DNA of 64,000 nucleotides from an uncultured virus (IMG/VR IMGVR_UViG_3300001335_000606) (Duplodnaviria; Heunggongvirae; Uroviricota; Caudoviricetes): IMG/VR virus record IMGVR_UViG_3300001335_000606; one strand, 5' to 3'. Shown piece by piece: positions 52,077 to 62,057 of this stretch (position 1 is its first letter; each line of letters starts with the position of its first letter). The notes under the pieces were generated by a model. It saw only the letters and a program-made list of their open reading frames with translations, ran no database searches and was not told where the DNA came from. The position numbers and the translations under genes were made by a program.

Positions 52077-52292
52077 AAATTAATCCTTTGTATTAATTAC
52101 CCAAAAATTTATTTATCCCAATAATAAAAAAATGCCAGATGATTAGCTGGGTTATTATTTTTTGGAATTCGATGAAAGGGTACCTTTTGAATCTTAACCT
52201 ATGAAACTTACATCCGCCAAAGGAGGAAAGGATGGTTAAAGTGTTTCTTAACTAATCACCTGGCAATTGCTATATTATATTTAAAGATAAAC

Positions 52293-52638
52293 TGGTGGAG
52301 TTGTCGGGTACCGCCCCCGAGTCCGCGATTGATATTTTCAAGAAATTTTACAAGATTCGTTTCTTCCATCTTTATAATTCGAACTGGAGGGAGGAATCAA
52401 CAATCTCATCCAGACGAATACTTCATATATACTAATTACAAATATCGAAGCATTTCTTTGTAAAAAGATTAATTTCCGTACCATCTCAATTTACAAATTA
52501 ATAAACTCAAAAGAGATGGGACTTATGCAGCCTTTAGTTGTGTTTCGCCAGTTAATTCTAGCTTGTTTTTGAACTATAAAGCGTTCAACCTTCTTGTTTC
52601 TTTTATCTTCTCAACCACGTCGAACCTATTTCAACCCC
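52293..52638 (-). ncRNA. ssrA: tmRNA; predicted tag (A)GETQLKAA*
   Basis: 5' GGGGTTGAAATAGGTTCGAC; 3' CAACTCCACCA with G3-U70; TAACT followed by GGC GAA ACA CAA CTA AAG GCT GCA TAA. Confidence 0.9.
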
Positions 52639-53062
52639 AAAACTGAAATAAGGCACACCGTATGGCATGTTTACGAATATTAAACTCTCAAATCAATTCA
52701 CTTATTGGTTAATTTAAAAAACTATTTCTTTAGCACGATAAATATAATGCACAATATGCCAATCGGGTATCCATACTGGATCTCCAATATTTATATTAGG
52801 CGTCTTAATGTTGCTTAATTTTACCCTATAATGATATGTTCCACTTCCGGAAGGAATGCTTTCCAACAAAGTGATAATAACCTTGTTTTTGAGTCCTTCG
52901 GTAAAATAGCATAAGGAATTTTCCAAGTAAGGCGGCATACTGGTAAAAACTTCAGGATCTACAACCAATTTAACGGGGGAAGCCTGAGATAACAATTTAT
53001 AAATTACTTCATTATATATCATTCCCCTGATTTCAAAAAAATCTTTAGTGTAAATGCTTTCA

Positions 53063-53533
53063 TCATTCATAATTCTCTTCCTCATATTCTTCTTCGTCAT
53101 AGGTGTCTGTGTCAAGAACAAGAACAGAATAACCACTATGAAGAATAATTTCAAATTGGCCACTATCAGAAACTATGGTAAAATTATCATCAAAGGTTAT
53201 AAATTTACCAAAATCATTGCCTTTCATTTCAAAAAACAAATCAGGATTAATGATAGATACTGGGCAAATCCCAATAATGCCAGCATCCACTGAATAATTA
53301 TTTCCTCGATTATCCCGAAAATAACCATCTCCATGAGCAGTGGATCCGAAAAATACTTTTTCACCATTTACAATAAATGAACCATCGTAACATTCATGGG
53401 TTTCCTTATCCGTGCTTTGTTCCAATAGTTCTTCCCATTGACTATCGGTCATTACATAACATAAATCACCGAAGTAATACGACCCCTTTTCGAAGGAATC
53501 TGAAATCGGGTTTGTTGATTTAACTTTGTTCAT
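53063..53533 (-). CDS. Conserved phage hypothetical protein (DUF4241-like)
   Basis: YYFGDLCYV, STAHGDG, SVDAGIIGI. Confidence 0.5.
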   Translation of the reverse strand: MNKVKSTNPISDSFEKGSYYFGDLCYVMTDSQWEELLEQSTDKETHECYDGSFIVNGEKVFFGSTAHGDGYFRDNRGNNYSVDAGIIGICPVSIINPDLFFEMKGNDFGKFITFDDNFTIVSDSGQFEIILHSGYSVLVLDTDTYDEEEYEEENYE

Positions 53534-53599
53534 TTGTAACCTCTTTTTCAATTAGTTAATATTATTATAACAGAATATACAAAAAAAGTTTTAAATATA

Positions 53600-54550
53600 A
53601 AGACAGACTTAATGTATCTGTCACGAAGCTGCAGGATGCTAACATGATTCTGTTTTTCCGCAATAGCATGAATCATAGTACTATACCGAATCCCTCGTTC
53701 GGCTGAGGCATCGTAGGTGATCGCTTTACCACCTGCAAATGGATTGTGATCAACTCAATCGAAATGCAGGGTTTTCAATACATGCTATATGAATCAGCAA
53801 ACCTGTTAACAGGCAGAGGATTCGAACCCCCAGCTCCATTCAGTAGAATGCGTCTTGCTGATCCAAAAATATTCGGCTTCACTCTATATACTTAAAAGAT
53901 AAAAATTAAAAAGCGAACAAGTAACTCACAAGTCCCAATCCTACCATTGCGAGACCCTGATATATCTTTCAGTCTATCCCGAAGGATTTACACTATCTTG
54001 CAGCGATTGCAGTTATACTGGAATTGTCTCTCCAGCTTCCCACGATTTACAAAATTTGTGCACCAGCGGAGACTTCTAATGTTGATTCCTCTTTCTCCCC
54101 TTTACTTGTTCGCTTACAAACAAATACCGCCGATCTCCGTCCACTAGGCTCTTGCGGTGCAGACGCTGGAGGAATAATGTTACAGCATCCGACTGAAATC
54201 ATATTAGGTAATCATCAATATACACGGGATACCCCAAAGCGTGAACACTCTTTGAAGTGGACTCTTAGATCCCGATTGCGTTCTGGTCGTCCACACCAGT
54301 AAAATCCCAAGTGCCTTCAGTCCCAAGAAATTCAATTTAACGGGAATAGCTGGTGTCCTGGCTGGCACTTTGAACAGGTTTCGATCCTATCTTATGTTTT
54401 CCCCTATGTTATGAAAAACAAAGTGTAGTTCCAAGACACCCTTGGGCATAATTTGCTGGTCGCTACCCTTGACACCAGCTGATAAATGTTCCACCCAACC
54501 CCGACTGCTTGTTATATCATTTCGGGATCCATACGAAACCATCTACCATA
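53600..54550 (-). ncRNA. Candidate large structured ncRNA(s)
   Basis: About 950 nt, GC above background, no credible minus-strand ORF, promoter motif at ~54581, many helices (see findings). Confidence 0.6.
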
Positions 54551-54956
54551 AATTAATCACTTTATAATCTTGTAGTTTTATTATAACCAACTTTCGAAAA
54601 AAGTTAGCATTTTTTTAAGGTGTTAAAGTGCTGATCTAATACAAGGTCTAAACGATTTCGGCTTTTTATTTTCTCGTTTATGACCAAAATTCTTGGTCGG
54701 TTTGTTTTTGCCAACAAAAGCTGCAAAATCTCGATGTTGTTCTGCTTCCATTGCACTTTGACGTGATCTTGCAAGAATGTCATATGAAGGATGAAAAAAT
54801 TCAAACATCTTGTTACCTCACTTACTTAAAAAATATAATATCATTAAACAATTTCGGAGGACTCTTATTGAGAATACTCATTAAAATCTCCACCTCATTT
54901 TATTTACAATTTTATTATAACTACTTTTTTAAAAAAGTTCTCAATTATTTTTAAAA

Positions 54957-55030
54957 TGGTTGCGGGGGGCGGATTCGAACTGCCGTAGCTGGCTTATGAG
55001 ACCAGTGAGTATCCTCTACTCTACCCCGCA
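54957..55030 (-). tRNA. tRNA-fMet-like (CAU)
   Basis: TGCGGGG acceptor, anticodon CAT. Confidence 0.8.
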
Positions 55031-55094
55031 ACTAAATCTAATTATTAGAAAAAAAGAAAATGCCTTTGATATTATCTCAGGCATTTTCCTGAGG

Positions 55095-56570
55095 TTACAC
55101 AATGTGTTGATATCTTTTGTCGTTAACAACCTCTTCAACTAACGACATCAAATTATCATATTCTTTTTTAAGTACAAAGTTAATAACATTTTGCGAAGCA
55201 CCAGAAACAAGTAAAACACCTCTATCATTGGTTTGTGCAGGAACATTATTTAACCTTCCTCTTACATTCCAAAAAACTACAGTAGGCATTTCATATCCAG
55301 CATCTTCGTATTTTTGTTTCACCATAGCTAATGAATTAATATCATTGCCATGAATGCTATATTCATCAAATTCCATATCACTAATTATGATAAGGTGCGT
55401 AGGCATATCCTCTTGAGGAACATTTTCTTGAATGGCTTTATCCAAAATTAACTGAACTGCTTTAGCTATATCAGTATTATATCCTGCACCTTGCAAAGCA
55501 TCATCCACTTTTTCCACAATATCATAACCTCGCACCTTCTTAAATTGAGGAATATCGGTGAATGTGATGTAATAATCTCTAAATGCAGGGCTAGGATTAT
55601 GTTCCGCAAGGAATAAGCCTAATCCAACACTAATTGAGATTGGTTTGGCTTCATACATTTCCATACTTCCACTAATATCAATCATAGGAATAGCAAGGAA
55701 TTCTTGAGGCAGATTATCCAGTTGGTTCAAGTTTTCCCATTGAGCATCCCAAAGTGCTCTAGTGGTTTCATCAATGAGAGAGAATCGTGCCTTAAATATC
55801 TCATGCACGATATCATGAGGGTATAATCTTTTAGCATTAATCGTTGTTTCTCCATTTTGCAATTTCTCTATATAAGGTTGCAAAATTTCGTGACGACTAA
55901 ATGCTTTTTTATACTTCTTCATAGCAAGAGAAGGCACATGCTCAAGCTCAATGTTTTCCCACTCATTATTGCTCATATGTTGTTCGACCACATCCGTCAA
56001 TTCCACAATTTTATGACGATAAGATGAATAGGTTTCTATGAAGCCGTGTTTACGCATGTATTGTACCAATTTCTTGTATTGGGATCTCTTACGAGGCATC
56101 CATTTTGCCACAATACCTTGGATTTTCTCATTTTCAAGCAAATGGAATAAGAATTCTACAATTCTGTCAACAGGTTCTTTACGAACTCCAATATCTCGAA
56201 TCATTTTATCTGCAAGATAAACAAGATCATCCACTCTTACAAGGTTATTTACGAAATTTTCCTCTTTGAGAATATTATCAAGAAATCCTGGAGTATTCTC
56301 AACGAACCAAGAGTAGATAACTCTAAATATTCTACGCTCACCAAGACCTCGTTCGATATCTCGGGCAAAAAATAGAAGTCGCAATGCATATACGGGGTTC
56401 CACCCATACGCTTCTTTGAAAAGGGTGAGAAGTTGATCCTTGCTCATAGTGCGAGATGCACCCATCAAGAAAAATAAGTCTAGGATGGGATTCATTGACG
56501 TACTATGAGTAAGGCCATAATTTTCGGTTCTTGAATTGTTACGCATTCCTGCGTTGATAAATTGATTCAT
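55095..56570 (-). CDS. DUF2828 / TROVE(Ro60)-like protein with C-terminal vWA domain
   Basis: RTEN..T..TS, LDLFF, RD...GLGER, AKWMPR, V.S.AM..Y, DISGSM (MIDAS), ISDMEFD, FWN; AGGAG RBS favours the start at 56570 (MNQFIN). Confidence 0.85.
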   Translation of the reverse strand: MNQFINAGMRNNSRTENYGLTHSTSMNPILDLFFLMGASRTMSKDQLLTLFKEAYGWNPVYALRLLFFARDIERGLGERRIFRVIYSWFVENTPGFLDNILKEENFVNNLVRVDDLVYLADKMIRDIGVRKEPVDRIVEFLFHLLENEKIQGIVAKWMPRKRSQYKKLVQYMRKHGFIETYSSYRHKIVELTDVVEQHMSNNEWENIELEHVPSLAMKKYKKAFSRHEILQPYIEKLQNGETTINAKRLYPHDIVHEIFKARFSLIDETTRALWDAQWENLNQLDNLPQEFLAIPMIDISGSMEMYEAKPISISVGLGLFLAEHNPSPAFRDYYITFTDIPQFKKVRGYDIVEKVDDALQGAGYNTDIAKAVQLILDKAIQENVPQEDMPTHLIIISDMEFDEYSIHGNDINSLAMVKQKYEDAGYEMPTVVFWNVRGRLNNVPAQTNDRGVLLVSGASQNVINFVLKKEYDNLMSLVEEVVNDKRYQHIV

Positions 56571-56852
56571 AACTTTTCTCCTTAAATAGTATTTTACAGG
56601 GACTTTTTGAATTTTTGCTGTTAGTCCCAAAAGGTAGACAACCCTTTCATATCAATACTGTCTTTTTCACATGGACTCAACATTGATACTACTAAGGTCG
56701 TCCGGTGTGAGCAGTTTAGCTTACTTCATCAGAATGTGTTGCTGTTTGTCCACAACATTTTAGCTTCATATTATAGATCTTTTACAAGGACGTTTAAGTG
56801 ACATCTATATCATTTATTTTATGTGCTGTGCGTCCTAGACTAGTTTCACATC

Positions 56853-56927
56853 TGGCACCCCTAGCCGGAATCGAACCGACATAGGCGGGACTAGAATCCG
56901 CCGTACTGACCATTGTACGATAGGGGC
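56853..56927 (-). tRNA. Amber suppressor tRNA (anticodon CUA) with tRNA-Glu-like body
   Basis: GCCCCTA-TC-GTAC-AATGGTCA-GTAC-G-GCGGA-TT CTA GT-CCCGC-CTAT-GTCGG-TTCGATT-CCGGC-TAGGGGT-G-CCA. Confidence 0.9.
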
Positions 56928-57176
56928 AAATTAATTTGGGGAGAAGAATGCATCTTGACATTTTTGACACATTCCACTAATTTTAAATTCTCTCCTGGAA
57001 CAATCGTCTCTAAAGCTTTCTGGATGAACCTTTTCACCACAAATAGGACAGAATCCGTTCTTTTTTAGTTCGACCTCTTTCTCGAACCCTAATGATTTCA
57101 TGATGCTTTCATTCATAGTAACCTCACTTGTTTTTAGTTAATCATATTATAACTACTGAAAAAGAAAGTTTTGGTA

Positions 57177-57779
57177 TTATTTTTCCAAATTTTCCTCTTC
57201 TTGACTCATAGTAACGGCCATCAGATCTGCTGAGTGTGCCATCCTTACTAAAAGAGATTGCTTTTGGGCTGCACTATAAGAATTTTTTACCATAGGATCA
57301 ATTACAGAGCCAATTTCAAATCCTCCCATATGCCACCTTATTGCTAACATTTCTTCTTGTGTAAGTTCGATGCACTTGTTTAAAAGATAAACGGATTTTT
57401 CTCCATGACCTAAAGGAAACTTATCATTAATTATCCATCCCGGCTTAGATTGCCATCTGTTGCTTTCGTCTTTATACCATTGTTCCTTTGGTTCATAAAT
57501 ATCAATTTTACATAAATCATGTCCAAAACCAACAATAAATAAAGTTTCTTCAGAATATGGGTTAATTAACAATTTATTAAGCTCTTTCAATGCTAGAAAA
57601 ACCTTTTTGGAATGTTCGTATAGTCCACCTTCTTTTGCATCATGGTGTCCTCTTGCAGCTGGGGCATAAAAATAATCTGTCCCTACTAAATATTCGAAAA
57701 GTTTCGCTACGTCCCTTTTAAATTCTATTTTTTCGGCAATAGAAACCATATCTTCAAAATTTTGTTTCGTAACCGACAT
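57177..57779 (-). CDS. HD-domain phosphohydrolase
   Basis: APAA..HH...GGL.EHS, HDLCK, GHGEKS, AIRWHMG, H.AD. Confidence 0.85.
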   Translation of the reverse strand: MSVTKQNFEDMVSIAEKIEFKRDVAKLFEYLVGTDYFYAPAARGHHDAKEGGLYEHSKKVFLALKELNKLLINPYSEETLFIVGFGHDLCKIDIYEPKEQWYKDESNRWQSKPGWIINDKFPLGHGEKSVYLLNKCIELTQEEMLAIRWHMGGFEIGSVIDPMVKNSYSAAQKQSLLVRMAHSADLMAVTMSQEEENLEK

Positions 57780-58079
57780 ATTAGATTTCCTCCACGATAT
57801 AGTTCGCATTTTTTAAAAATTCTATCATTATATTAACAAATTCCATGGGGCTACTATCAATCTCATGAAAATATGAAACGACATGTTTTTCACCATTCGG
57901 TAACGACATCATAAACTCATAATCAACATCTAAACCAAAGTTGAAACGATATAATAAATGCTGTTTATGATATAATTCTACAACTTTGCCTGTGTTATTA
58001 ACAAACATTCCTATTTTTTCATTAAATTCAATTACTGATATCTTCTAATATTCTTCTAATGTTTCTTCAATTCGTATTT

Positions 58080-59447
58080 TCATAATACTTCCTTCTTAAT
58101 TGTACTGTGTAATAATATTCGATTTATAAGAGTTATTAAAGTATCTAAATCAACAATAGACAAGAGATTTTCGGCTGGTAAACCTTTTTTCTTTCCAGTT
58201 ATTGCGACTCTAATCAATTCATGTATTGTTTTATTATTATAACCCACATCTTTAAAATCCCATATAAATTTTTCCGACTCTCTTAATGTAAGATATATAC
58301 TATTATAATAGGTAGAATTGCAAAACTTACTAATAAGATCCAACAACATTTTGAAAAACTTAAGTTCTTCAGAATTTTGGCACTCGTAAAGTTGACCAAA
58401 CATAATATGACGATCAATCTCTTCAATTAATTCATTGATGCCAATACCAGATTGATAAATTGGTAACAAATTATGCAATTGGTTAATATCCAAATTATTA
58501 TAATTTTTAAAATATTGATTTATACCTTCTTCTGTTTTGGAATGTTTAAGGTTTAATTTTCTAAGCAGTTTTTCATCATAATGAGAAGCATTATTACTAA
58601 GTTTATTAATGTCAAATTGCTTTAACAAATCATATGTAGTTAAGAAGTTGGTAGAAAGTTTGGAATGATCCCAACCCAATAATGCTATATAATTAAGAAT
58701 TGAACAAGGCAAATATTTCTTTAATAAATCTTCAACAGCAAAATGGTTTTCTCGTTTGGATAATTTGTTCCCTTTACTATCCAAAATTAAAGGCAAATGA
58801 TAGAATCTAGGCATTTCCCAACCTAATGATGAATATAGAATTTTATGGTATGGAAGTGAAGACAACCACTCATCTCCACGAAATATATCTGTAATACCCA
58901 TTAGATGGTCATCCACCACACTTGCTAAATGATAGGTTGGTGTACTATCCCTCTTTAATAACACGATATCATATAATTCTTTACCACTGAACGGTATACT
59001 TGCCTGCCTGAGCTCATCATAACAATGGATTGTTTCGTTTTGATTAATTTTTAATTTAATTGAAAATCCATTTTTCAATTCTGATTGTTGTTCAATAAAG
59101 GATTTATTTCTGCATTTACATTCTTCTTGAGAATCTTTGGGACAAGTACAAAAATATGCATGTTGATATGCTACTAATAACAGAGCATACATAGAGTAGT
59201 AAGGTAAACGCTTAGATTGTTGATAGAATTCATCCCAAGATAATCCAAACAGTTCCAGAGTATGCTTGATATCGGAAACATAATTTTCTTGGCTTCGGAC
59301 TTGATCTGTATCTTCAATCCGTAAAATAAATTTACCATTATTTTGTTTAGCATACAACCAACTAAACAAGGCAATTCTTAAATTACCTATATGCATTTTG
59401 CCGGTTGGGCTCGGCGCAAAACGGCAGATTACTTGATCTTTACTCAT
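58080..59447 (-). CDS. gltX: Glutamyl-tRNA synthetase (TAG-free)
   Basis: RFAPSPTG.MHIGN (HIGH), LRIEDTD, PTYHLASVVDDH, RGDEW, KLSKR (KMSKS), C-terminal RVAITG anticodon-domain motif. Confidence 0.95.
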   Translation of the reverse strand: MSKDQVICRFAPSPTGKMHIGNLRIALFSWLYAKQNNGKFILRIEDTDQVRSQENYVSDIKHTLELFGLSWDEFYQQSKRLPYYSMYALLLVAYQHAYFCTCPKDSQEECKCRNKSFIEQQSELKNGFSIKLKINQNETIHCYDELRQASIPFSGKELYDIVLLKRDSTPTYHLASVVDDHLMGITDIFRGDEWLSSLPYHKILYSSLGWEMPRFYHLPLILDSKGNKLSKRENHFAVEDLLKKYLPCSILNYIALLGWDHSKLSTNFLTTYDLLKQFDINKLSNNASHYDEKLLRKLNLKHSKTEEGINQYFKNYNNLDINQLHNLLPIYQSGIGINELIEEIDRHIMFGQLYECQNSEELKFFKMLLDLISKFCNSTYYNSIYLTLRESEKFIWDFKDVGYNNKTIHELIRVAITGKKKGLPAENLLSIVDLDTLITLINRILLHSTIKKEVL

Positions 59448-60894
59448 TTACTTGATCCATCTTTATTAAACCACACAGACGTAACAGCATTATACTTTAA
59501 AGCATTGTAGTAGTTTGGTGTGAAGTTTTCTAAATTAATATCACTTGCATTTCTATTTCTCCACTCTCTTTCCAATTTATTGGCTAAATAACGGTGGAAA
59601 AACATTCCGACACTAAAATAAAATCCGCATCCCTTACATTGGAAATGCGCATCGCCACCTTCTCTTCCACCGCCTACAGTTTCCCTCACATGGCATCCGC
59701 AATACCTGCATCTGTTATTTTTAAGGTAATACTTCATCTTACAATAATTGAATATTGGGAAAAATAAAAACACCAAACTGAAGAATACTCCTATGGCAAT
59801 ATGGTCACAATTCATTATAACCTCCTTTAAATAACGATTTCGCTTTATAAGCTAATTTAATTAAGAGTGGAACAATAATAAAAATTACCACAAAGAATGG
59901 CATTAATAGCAAAATTAATATTAAACGGGCAAAAAATAAAAATATTTCTTTAAACCTCTAAATCTTCTTCATATATAACCACCTTTTTCATTTTACTTCT
60001 GTTATAACGCTTTTTCGGAGGAACAAATCGCTTTTTTTCTTCCGGAGTTTCCTTGTAATATTTTAATTCTTTTGTGTTATGTAACTTATGTCTATTGATA
60101 TGCATATTATTTTCCTTATTAATATGTTTTAATCATTTTCTTCGGCATATATTCTTCCAATAAATACAGGATATCCACCAAATTCAAACTCACCCATTTC
60201 TACCCCTTGAAGCAATGTTGAATTTTCTTTCACGGGAAGAAGTATAATCTTAGCATTTTCAGGATTATACGCAAAAATATGGTTAAGTTCACTGCTTATA
60301 TCATCTAATGTGAGAAAAACTTTTTGACCCGAAATCTTGTTAATAGTGCAGGGCAACAATTCACAATTGCAATTAATTGTTACACCCATACCCACTTTGG
60401 CATTGTGAATATTGAGTTTTTCAATATTTGACATGATAACCTCTTGTCTTTTGAATTTACAATTTTATTATAACGATTTTTCAAAATTCTTGTCATTTAT
60501 TTTAACAAAATAATCGGGATCGGGCAAGGGGCAATTATCTGGAATTGTCCCCACCATTTGGCGGAATTTACAATCCGTAAATTTGCAATCTTCACATTTT
60601 GTTATTTCTAACACCTTAACATTTTTCATAATGACCTCTCATATGTTATTGGATTACCATCCCAATCGCAAATAAAGACATGTAATTCATCATCATATTT
60701 TACAACAATTTCCTGTGCAGAATTTGATTCCATAATTCTGAGAAGTGGGTTGTAATCACATGGCCAGGAATCAATAATTTCTCCACCTTCAAAAATATTA
60801 CGCTGTTCTTCAGTCAATGATTTCATAAATCTTCTCTCCTTGTAACTTTTTGTTTATATTATAACCTAATTTTTGAAAAAAGTTCTTAACAAAA

Positions 60895-61647
60895 TTAATT
60901 TATTAATTCTATCTATACAAAACCTAACTCATGTGATATTTTAATCACCTTATATTTTGAATTTCTAGGAAACAATAATTCGTTTTCCCCTCCTCCAATA
61001 AATATTGCATTGGATCCTTTTTTCGCATTTATTTTTACCATATATGCTTTTTCACCTCTTGCAAAATTAAAGGCATCATAAATATTGGGGCTTGTGCTAG
61101 TATAACCTTGCTATTGAAATATTTCACCCTATTTGGGTATAAACGAAGGATCGGATATTCCTCTATAAACAGAAACATCATGTTCTAATGTATTTTTCTA
61201 AAATACCTTATCAAGAGTTTGCACAATCTAATCAAAACCTTTCTTTTTTCCTTCGTTGGTTCTCAAATATTTATTAATATTCTTGTACTACTAACTGGTG
61301 TAAATATCAATAATATCGGACTATTTTTCAGTATAATTAGTATTAAATTTTTCCAGTTCTTTACGCTATATATACTACGAAGATTTTTTATTTAGTTTTT
61401 TAACATAATCCTATTGTTTTTTTCTATTAAATTTAGAAAACTTTCCACTTATTAAATCTTGAGTATATTTTGTATCATGATATAGCTATTTATCAAACAA
61501 TGCTTTAGCTTTTTTATAAACCTTGCTTGATGTATCATAGCTTAATGCTGTGGACACCTTTATCTAGTTCCCAGTTTCAGGGTTTACTATTGTACTATCT
61601 AGAACCTTTTGTTTTTTATCGCTCTAAATAAGTGATATTATTTTCAT
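60895..61647 (-). CDS. ADP-ribosyltransferase (VIP2/C3-like, R-S-E), TAG-recoded
   Basis: MKIISLI* leader; YTS**YKNINKYLR, VYRGI, GYTSTS, GENELLFPRN. Confidence 0.82.
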
Positions 61648-62057
61648 ATCTATTTTTTCAAAAGTTCCTTATTTCATATATGTTATTATGTCCTGAAACA
61701 ACATATGAGGGTTGTGTTTCGAAGAAGTCCGAACTGGCACAGATTTAATTCGTTTTACAATCCTTGACATTTCTTTCAGTTGTTCGGGATTTAACTTCAC
61801 ATCGTATTTCTCAGGCAAGGATTTCCCTGAAAATTCAAAATACGTGTCGGATAAAGAATTCCCTTTTTTCAAGTGGGCTAAAATTTCCGAACCTAGATTA
61901 AGCATGAATTTTTTTACATCAGTTTTAACCGCTTCGGAAACATCCACAGATCTGTAAACCTCTTTCAAGAAGGATAGTAGATAAGTTTTATCCATTTTTT
62001 TGTTCCTTTGTTTATATTCTACTTATATTATAACTTAAAATTTGAAAATAATTCTTT

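Noticed and set aside
56571..56630. N-terminal extension MGLTAKIQKVPVKYYLRRKV of the DUF2828 ORF
   Set aside because: It overlaps the ACAGCA stem motif and the AGGAG RBS; the ATG at 56570 is the better start.
56690..56735. Hammerhead ribozyme (CTGATGA on the minus strand)
   Set aside because: No stem II followed by GAAA in the required position.
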